DNA of 64,000 nucleotides from Camelus dromedarius (taxonomy: Eukaryota), in the NCBI RefSeq assembly GCF_036321535.1, contig NC_087472.1, forward strand, positions 95,792,001 through 95,856,000, given 5' to 3'. The translations under genes and the position numbers were made by a program. The notes beneath the pieces are model-generated. The model made no database searches, was not told the origin of the DNA, and saw nothing but the letters and a program-made list of their open reading frames with translations. The first letter of the stretch is position 1; the number at the start of each line of letters is the position of its first letter. This document shows positions 55,468 to 64,000 of the stretch, in pieces.

Positions 55468-56224
55468 CATCATGGAAGACAGCATAGAGACTCCTCAAAA
55501 AATTAAGAAGAAAATAACCATACGATCCAACTATCCCACTTCTGAGTATTTACTCAAAGAATACAAAAACACTAACACAAAAAGATACACGCATCCCCAT
55601 GTTCACTGCAGCATTATTTACAATAGCCAAGACATGGAAACAACCTAAGTGTCCATCAATGGATGAAGAAGATGTGGTATCTGTAGATAATGCTACTTGG
55701 CCATTAAAAAAAGGGTGAAATCTTGCCATTTGCAACAACATGGATGGACCTTGAAGGTATTATACTAAGTGAAAATAAGTTGGGGGGAGGCTATAGCTCA
55801 GTGGATAGAGCACATGCTTAGTATGCACAAGGTCCTGGGTTCAATGCCCAGTCCCTCCAACAAATAAATAAACCTAATTATCACCCTCCAAAATAAAAAA
55901 AAATAATAACTAAAAAAAAAATAAATGTCAGATGGAGAAAGACAAATACCATAAGATTTCACTCATATTTAGAATCTAAAAAACAAACAAAAGTAAGTAA
56001 ATGAACAAACCAAACCAAACACAAAAATACAGAGACCAGAGTAACTACTAACAGAGGAGAAATGGGTAACGGTGTCATCTGGATGGTGATGGTGACGGAT
56101 GGAAACTGATGGAAACTAAATTTCTGGTGGTGAGCACTCTGCAGTGTGTACAGAAGTAGAAATACATGTACATGTGAAACTGATATAATGTTACATATCA
56201 ATGTTACCTCAATAAAAGAATAAA
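55468..56224 (+). mobile_element. 5'-truncated L1 (end of ORF2 plus 3' UTR) carrying a nested SINE
   Basis: atgttcactgcagcattatttacaatagccaagacatggaaacaacctaagtgtccatca...aatgttacctcaataaaa. Confidence 0.9.
55782..55918 (+). mobile_element. Vic-1-like SINE nested in L1
   Basis: ggggggaggctatagctcagtgg...gggttcaatgcccag, tail aaataaataaacctaatta. Interrupts the L1 motif ctaagtgaaataag|tcaga. Confidence 0.85.
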
Positions 56225-58240
56225 AAATGCCTGCCTGCATAAGGCTTAGAGTCTGATTATAATAGATATGGTTAACAAAAGAGAAAACTCCATTAGAGAT
56301 AGTATAAAGGTAAAGATACATTCTTTAGAAGAAAGGCAGTCCAGAAACCTGAGATTTGCTTTTATTATTACTGCAATACATCTAACAGATCACAACTCAA
56401 TTATCTTGAGCACCGCTTATAGGTTATTTATGTAGTTTTAAGTCTAAATAAATTCTGTGGAAATGGAGCAGGCTTGAAATATAGTGTTACTGCCACCCTC
56501 AAAACAGCCCATCCATTGGCCTTGAATTGAAAAATATGGTTCACTCCAAAATACATCGAATCCAACATATATAGCTGCCATCTGTCCTGCAGTCATAGTA
56601 GGAGTCCTTTTCATTCACAAGCAAAGCCAGTGGAGGGGGGGAGGGACTTGAGATGGAGAGAGGATAAATTCCATTTGTGCTATTAAAAAAAAAAAAGTAG
56701 AACAGTGAACCCAGTGGTTGAAAAGTGAAGATAAAAAGAAGAAAACAGTAATCTTGCTACAGAAACCAGAGAATTATGTTCTCGCTCACCCCCCACTTTT
56801 TTTTTTTTTTTGCTTTCACGCTGCACAAACTCTAGCACCCTGAACAACTCACTCTCCTGCTATTTCCAGCACTTTAAAGAAACTTTTCAACATTTCTGTT
56901 TGACACATTTTTTCAACAGGGAGGTGAAGACAATAAGTAAACAGGTAGTGAAGGGCTATTTGGAGAGCTGGTCAGTCACAGTAATAATAAAGGGAAAAAA
57001 AAAAAAAAAAAAACTCCACCAGAACAGAACAGCTATCCTATGTGCGGCAGCCACAGACGGCACCTGACCCCTGCCAAACAGTTTTCAGAGTAATTTTAAT
57101 GCTACTCTGGATTTAACTTGACTAACTGGTAGCAATTGAGCACATCTTTTTTTTTCTCTCTCTTTTTTTTTTTTGTGGGAGCAGTTATCTAAAATGCTAC
57201 AATAACAGCATCAAAAGTAGAATGGTGGAAGATTGGTTTTCCATTGTGCTGCTGAACTGGCATAATGCCCACTTTAAAAGCAATTCCCTGCTCATCACTG
57301 AAATCTGGCAGACACGACACTAAATGCCTTGAGGGAAAAAAAAGGGGGACTTGAGAAGGGGGAACCCACTCCAACCACCACGCAAAGGGGGGAAAAAGAG
57401 AGTGCCAGATGATGAATCTAGATAAGAAAAGAAAATTGCCAAATAAAAAGTTGAGCATGGCACGCAGCCTCCCGACAGGCTGTACTTAATTTGCTCGAAG
57501 AAGATTTTGTCTATGGGTCTGCATTAGTAACTGCAGAACAAAACAAAAGCAAAATATATATTTATGTCTGTCTATTGTTCTGATGAAGCAAAAACCGAGT
57601 GAGTTCCGTCAATCATGTGTCAAATGTGTCTTCCCCGTTTTATTTACCACCAAATATAATGAGTAAATATGTGATAATAAAACTCTTCTTTTTACATGGA
57701 CATATACAATTTTTCCTCCTGCTAAATACAGGTAATGATTTAGTAAGCTTTCAAAATGTCTTTTTACTGTCAATAAAACTAATTCTATTCCCATTTTCAT
57801 GTGGGAAAAAAAGGCTTTACAAATGAAAATTCAAATTAAAATTCTGATTATAGTGTAGTGTGACAACACCTGTATTTATAATTTTACTGTCAGCTAGCTT
57901 GTAGTGTTTAACAATAGCTTGAAGTAGAAAAGTAATTGGAATTTGTCTGTAACATGCCAGATGACGGCATCGGGCGCTTTGCTACGCTACAGCAAATTTG
58001 GTTTGATGGCAAAATAACCTCACTGAGATTTCTACACATCAAAGGTTAGCGGGGCTGGAGGAGGGGGAAGGTCTCCCAGGTATGAGACCCCTTCCGGAAT
58101 CTGCAAGTTTGCATCTGATGAGTAAAGACCACCGTGACCCTGACTTGTGCTCCTGGCCCCTAGCCTCCCCCGCAGCCTCGCAAACCGCGCTGATGCAATT
58201 GAGTTTAAGACCAGATAAATCAACAACAATAAAACCCTGT

Positions 58241-58393
58241 TCTGTTTTTCTTTAAAAAAACTTTTTTGGATTTTTTGGTGGGGGGAGGTAATTTAGGTTT
58301 ATTTACTTATTTAATGGAGGTACTAGGATTGAACCCAGGACCTCGTGCATGCTAACTATGCACCCTAACATTTGAGCTATACTCTCCCCTCTG
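58241..58393 (-). mobile_element. Vic-1-like SINE
   Basis: ggattgaacccaggacctcgtgcatgctaa...tgagctatactctcccc with a T-rich tail. TSD aaaccctgt at 58232-58240 and 58394-58402. Confidence 0.85.
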
Positions 58394-60807
58394 AAACCCT
58401 GTAGTTTCTAAAACCTTCTGATGACTTCATTCAGCTATGAACCTGGCAGAAGCGGGAGGGATGAGGGATCCTTTGGGTGATGAGAAGCATGCTTGGGGGC
58501 TGTGAGCACCCAGGTGGAGCAGGGCGAGGCCCTTGCCAAGGACAAGGAACAGAAAGCTTTCCATTTCTCAAAGGCTGCACAGCCAGGAGCGCTGGAGATG
58601 TTTATTGTATTCACACACTTTCAATAACCACAGATAAATAATAAAAGGTACCCACACAGATGCCTGAGATTTGCTATTTATCAAAAGATTAAGAGAAAAC
58701 GTACACACCCCACTTAGACTTTTACTGAAGCCAGATGGAGAAAAAAATTATTTAAAGCAGTGTTCTGCTGTCAACTCGAATCCTTCAAAACTCATAAACA
58801 CACACTCATCTCCACACAAAACTTGCCTTACTCTAGTCTACAAGTGAAAAGCCCATCTTTTTCATTATCCTAAAGATGGAAAAAAAAAAAAAAAAAGAAG
58901 CCACATACAAAGGAAAAACAGAATGACAGTGATGTTTTAGTTTACACTAGATATGGCAACACACACAAACTGTCAAAACTATGGAATGAAAAAAGCTGTT
59001 ATCAAGCAACTGTCAAGAGAGTCCTCTGAGATTTGGAAATCTTGTGTTTATTGTAACTACTGCACATTACACAAAGAAAGAAACAGCCCTCTCCTTGCTC
59101 TTGCTGCTAAATATCATGCAAGAGAACACAGGCTTCTCCCTTAGTATTTAGATTAATTTTTCCCCCGTGTGTAATTCTGTGCTTGACAGAGCTGCTCCCC
59201 TCCTCCTCGCTTTTCTAACAATATGGCCAAAGTTCAGAGAGAAACTCAAGGTTACATCAAACATTATTTCATTTCGAAAACCATCACCGCCTCATTTCAT
59301 GTTGTTAACTGGTTGTCTATCTGTAAGAGTGGAATCTTGTTAACATCAAAATGCATAGTCTTCACCTGAATGATTTTTCTTCTGACTTTGAATTCTACAA
59401 AGAGAAGCATAGCGTGGAAAAGGCATAAGCACTTACCATAAAATGATTTTAATTTGTGATTCTCTCTCTTTCCATCTCCCTATTAATGCATACATCGAGA
59501 AACCCAAATCCCTAAAGGAAAATTACTGTCTTATAAGGGGAGATACAAGAAAATACAGGGTCCAAATCTCTTCCACAGTGCATGGATATGAGTGATTTAT
59601 AGGTCGTCTCCCCAACCCAAACTCAAGGGACAAAATTCCACTTGTAATTGAACCTGAGTCGGTACATTTTACTATGCTTGCTAACGTGGCCTTTCCACCT
59701 GAACATCAAGGGGAGCATCACTCAGACTCTTAATTCTTGCTCTGAGGCCACGTAGCCCTTCTCAGCCAAGTGCAGAGCTGAGCCTCATCGCTCTGAGCAG
59801 CAGATTAATATGAGTGAAAGCAGCCTTCAGGTGTTTCCGTTTTAATTTTTCATGTTGCCTTCAGATGCAGAATTCTTGCCTTCTGACATTCCTCAGGATG
59901 CAGAAAAACTGGACAGCAGAACCTTTACTGTAAGTGTAATTGCCTGGATTCAGATGAACCATGGGTCAAGTCAACTCACAAAATATGTTATTGCAGAAAA
60001 AAAAGTTAGCAACGTACGGGCTGACATATAGAACAACAGTCATAACTCCGGACCGAAGAGATGCCACTGAATTTACTTCTGCATGTGGTCCTGGCAGCCT
60101 TGCCTACTTGGAGAGCTAATGAGAACATGGGGGCGTTACTGATGCACGTGCTGGCCAACTTGGTGATGCAGGAGAGAAGTCAACGAGTCTTGAGGGGATC
60201 TTGGTTCTAAATAGATTACAATGGTTACCCAATACTTAGAACATACTTATTTTAGGTTTCAGTGACCTGGTATGACTCAGTCAGTAACAGAATAGGTCAG
60301 TCAAATTTTAACCTGAGGTAAAAACAGTTTAACAGTGATGTCAGTTTTATAAAAATGAAGCTGATTGCCTAGTAAAGAAAATCTGAATTCTTCTAGAGCT
60401 CTTATGTAATCTTTTATGATTTTTAAAGTGTCCCTCAATTAATAACAGGAAAAAGAGGAATATTGACATGTTTTATCACTTGCATTCTCTAGTACTATTT
60501 TAGAGTAAGTGGCCAATTTACATTCTTTTCATGCAATGAAAATCAAGTTTTATGCAATTATCTTAATACTAACCAGTTCTCTGCTAATGACATTTTATTC
60601 AAGGTAAATAGTTAATTTTTTTCTCCTTAGTCTAGTGACATTTTGGCAAGTTTTATGTGGAAAAAAGAGCTGCACAGTAAGTTATGACAGCTGGTTCATT
60701 AAGGAAGTTTGGGAACATCTGCAACAAAGTGGGGGACAGTACTTTTATTCACACAATTTACAAACCATTAGCACTGCGCACACAGTAGTTAACTTTCAAA
60801 TGTGCTC

Positions 60808-61168
60808 TAGAGCTAAACTGTTCAGGTTTGAACCTTGACTCTGCCATCGACTTGCTGTGTGACCTTGAGCAGTACCTACATCGCCTCATCTGTAATGTAG
60901 GGATAACAACAGAGCCTAGTTTGGCAGAGGGTATAGCTCAGTGGGGGAGGGTATTACTCAGTTGTAAGAGTGTGTGCCTAGCATACACGAGGTCCTGGGC
61001 TCAAGCCCAAGTACTGCAATTAAAAAAAATAATAAAAATAAAAACGAAAAGAAAAGAAAAGTGCCTAGTTCATATGTTGTTGTGGGAATTAAGTAGGTTA
61101 AAACACAGGACTTGCTTACCATAGTATCTAGTGCTTCATGTAGTCAATAAATGTTAACTATTATTATT
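60808..61168 (+). mobile_element. MIR interrupted by a SINE
   Basis: ggtttgaaccttgactctgcc...tgtgtgaccttgagc...cctcatctgtaatg and gtcaataaatgttaactattatt. Confidence 0.75.
60922..61059 (+). mobile_element. Vic-1-like SINE with duplicated 5' head
   Basis: Two heads, gagggtatagctcagt then ggggagggtattactcagt. TSD ag(a/t)gcctagtt at 60911-60921 and 61060-61070. Confidence 0.8.
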
Positions 61169-61529
61169 GCTATTTGCATACCTAGTATCATTTTATACTG
61201 TGAACTGTGGATCCTATCTAGAATCTAACCAAAAACGGAAAACATGCAGAGAGAACTACTTCACATCATATCTGAGCCAGGTGGGACATGAGCTAAGTAG
61301 GGGTGGGGGTGTGTACCAAGACCCCTGCCAACGTTCTTTATTCCATACTGGGAGGCCTTTGGATTTCATAAGCGTTCAAATGCTAGTACAGATATAAGTG
61401 GAAATCTCTTAACTATAATAAAGAACAAAGAAGGAAGCACTGTTTACAAATACGTATAATTTGAATTCTTAGAACATAAATGTGGACAAAATTCAAACAG
61501 CACCAAAAAAGCCTATAATGCAAACTCCC

Positions 61530-63120
61530 GAATTTCTGGTTAAAGATGGTACACTAAATACACATATTTAGTTCTGTAAACTCCTAAATCTGCACTAAAA
61601 TGACAGTAAAGGACTTTGTTTAAAGGCATAATAAACTTCAAGGAAGAGGAAAACAGGAGTGGAGGTGCCAAAAGCAAAAGCTAGAAAACAGAAGGACAAG
61701 AGAGAATTTACTTGACAGGTCCCAGAAAGCACGATTCTAGGCAGGCAGTGGGGGGAGCTGAAGAGGAACCTGGTTTATCCCATTAAAGCTCCCAAGAGCC
61801 TGTGAATGGGTGCCTGGAGGTATCTTGAAAAGAACATCTGGAAAAGAACAGGTGAAGGGCGGCCTTAGAAAATTGGTTGAAGCATGTTTCAGAAACAGAT
61901 CCCAAGTCCCTGCCTCCATTCTGGCAGAAGGCTTATTCCCTGGTGAGGGCCTCTGAAATGAGGGGGACACTGGGCCGATACTGGATGCTGAGACCCCAAG
62001 TTCCCTTTCCTCCTAGATGCTGGCAGCCACCTCCCGCAGCAATGAGACTGGAAAAGTCTTCTTTGAGGAATCAACCAGCCTATGAGAAAAAACTCAAGTT
62101 AACTGACATATTACATCCATGAAAGAGGGACATTTGGGGAACAAGAAAAAGTTCTTAGAAATTGGAAGTGTAATAGCAGAAAGAAAAAACTTAATTGGAA
62201 ATGATGAGGAGATAATCAAAGAAGAAATTCAAGAAAATTTCCCAGAACTGGAAGGCTTGCCTTTCCAGATGGAAAGGGCCCAGCATCACGAGTGAAGACT
62301 GCTCCAGACCAAGACATGCCGTCGTCAACGTGGCCATGGCTACGTGCACGGGAGAACCTCTGGTTTTCTCAAAAGGAACTGGCGATTTAAGGTCACATAT
62401 AGAAAGGATTAGGAATCGGAAAGGTTTTCAAAAAAGAGAGTAGAACATTGTCTCCAATATTATGAAGGAAACTGAGTTCCAGCCTAGAATTCTCTCTCTA
62501 TTCATTAGGTATGAGGTGGACTAAGACCATTTTAAGACAAGGTCTCAAAAACTTCATGTGCCATGGATCTGTTCTCAGAAGCTACTGGAAGAGGCACTCT
62601 ACTTCTCCCCAAAACAGAAACAGTGAACAAAGATGCAGACTCTAGGACATGAGGACTCTGAAGTGAGTGCTATGTGAAGGCAATGCCCAGACGAGGGTGA
62701 GGGAGAGAGCCCAGGATGACAGCTGCGCATCAGGCCATGAGAACCATCAGCCCAGAATACCGGGTATGTTTGAACTGGATTAAGAGCAGGTTTAGATAAC
62801 CAGGGGAAGGGCTGGTATGTATAAATACTGACTGCTGACCTGTCAGAATCGTGATAACTGCCTTATGGGCATGGGGCAGGGGTGGGGGCGGGAGCTGTCC
62901 ACTGTAGGAAGTGACCAGATAATGCACTCTGTGCCAGTTGTTTGTAGATAAGGAGGTAAACACTAGAAGCAGCACCACAACGAGTTACAAATGGTTGCTT
63001 CTGAGGTCTGGCGAACGGGAAGGCTGTGGGAAAAGGGACAGCTTTTGGTAAGCAGCCAAACGGAACTTGTGATATGAAAAATTATGTGCATGTACAACAG
63101 ATAAAATTCAAGAGTCAACC
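61530..63120 (+). mobile_element. Ancient L1/HAL1-like relic (5' end and degraded ORF1)
   Basis: ttctggttaaagatgg 5' motif, aagaaattcaagaaaatttcccagaactg and ccagcctagaattct ORF1-type motifs, A-rich + strand. Confidence 0.6.
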
Positions 63121-63574
63121 AACCAACAAAAAGTCTCCCGTCCACCCCTAGCCCCTTCTCAGAAGCCATCGTTTTTTGCCCCTCTTTGTGCCCGCCCAGG
63201 AATATTCGGGAAGCTTTATTAACATGTCACAGAGGCAGGAAAACCTTGGCTATCTAGAACTAGTAGGGTAGCTGGCTTTGCTGAGAAGGCTGGAGATGTT
63301 TATGTGAATTATGCAAACTTCTAAAGGACACCTTTCTCAAATGCCTATATTACAAGGTATTGAACTCTTTCTGGAAAACTAAGAGTGTTCACTGTGAACA
63401 CTGCTTCCCGTGAGGGCCTGTGCCAGCTGCGTGTGCAGGGGCAGGCAGGACGCAAGCCGACAGTGATGGTGCTGGAACTGGCTTTTCTGGACCACTTGCC
63501 GATTTTTGCCCTGCTTTCAGGCCAGACTGCTTCCCCCAAATGGCCTAGTGGTGCTTTTCTGGCTGAGTAACTTC

Positions 63575-64000
63575 CTAGGGTGAGGCTTCTTAAGGACTTT
63601 TGTACCAACGACCTCTTTGGCAGTCTACCAAATAAAGCCCCTGGACCCCTTCTCAGAATGTTTTTAAACAGGTAAAAGAGAACACACAGGATCACAAACC
63701 CAATTATACTGAAATACATGTATCAAAGTATTTAAAGAACACATTTACGGCGAGCAGTACATGTACTTTCTGATTAAAGCATTAAGTGACAAGATCTAGT
63801 GTTGTAACGACTGCAATTTCAAAGCAACGATGAGTATATAAATGAGATTTTAGGTGTTGGCATCAACTGTAATGTTACGTGAAAATATCCTTGACTTCTA
63901 CTGGTGACAAAATCATAGATGCTACTAGTACCACTGTAGTCTGAGGTCTCCACCTAGAATTGAAGGGAGGGCTAAAATTCCAGTCAGAGGTTAGTGAAAA
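63575..64000 (+). mobile_element. MER119-like hAT-Charlie element (runs off the window)
   Basis: ctttggcagtct...ggaccccttctcagaatgtttttaaa...caattatactgaaatac. Confidence 0.55.

Larger units (their letters stand above)
44619..64000 (-). other. POLA1: POLA1 last intron (partial, runs beyond the window)
   Basis: Upstream of the terminal exon acceptor. I recognised no further POLA1 exon in the window. The POLA1 last intron is known to be large. Confidence 0.8.

Noticed and set aside
44700..64000. Additional POLA1 exons or a nested gene among the intronic ORFs
   Set aside because: None of the listed ORFs resembles POLA1 or another protein I recognise. A very short exon could have escaped manual reading.

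Overview
This is mammalian genomic DNA. tRNA-Ala-like SINEs of the camelid Vic-1 type point to a camel, alpaca or llama (inference). The window holds the complete ARX homeobox gene on the + strand: 5 coding exons of 196+877+46+329+241 = 1689 nt, 562 aa, all GT-AG introns, with the octapeptide, four poly-Ala tracts (16/12/7/9), a Q50 paired-like homeodomain and the OAR domain. It also holds the last coding exon and 3' UTR of POLA1 on the - strand, tail-to-tail with ARX; 44619-64000 appears to be POLA1 last intron. This is the known X-linked ARX/POLA1 regulatory block. TAAT-rich, repeat-free segments sit where the known ultraconserved forebrain enhancers are expected (uc.468/469 intergenic, uc.467 in the POLA1 last intron); these are assigned by position and composition only. 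Flanks carry L1, L2, MIR, MLT, MER and a solo LTR. I found no clearly new multi-gene system. The best leads are: a cryptic, degenerate 42-bp tandem array at about 9.6-11.15 kb; an ARX 5' UTR that is stop-free in frame with the CDS and has a (CAAAAA)n tract next to the start codon; a possible upstream exon-5 acceptor that would remove the OAR domain; and several unnamed motif-repeat enhancer candidates. Most ORFs in the supplied track are spurious. Repeat family names and human comparisons are from recall, not from a search.
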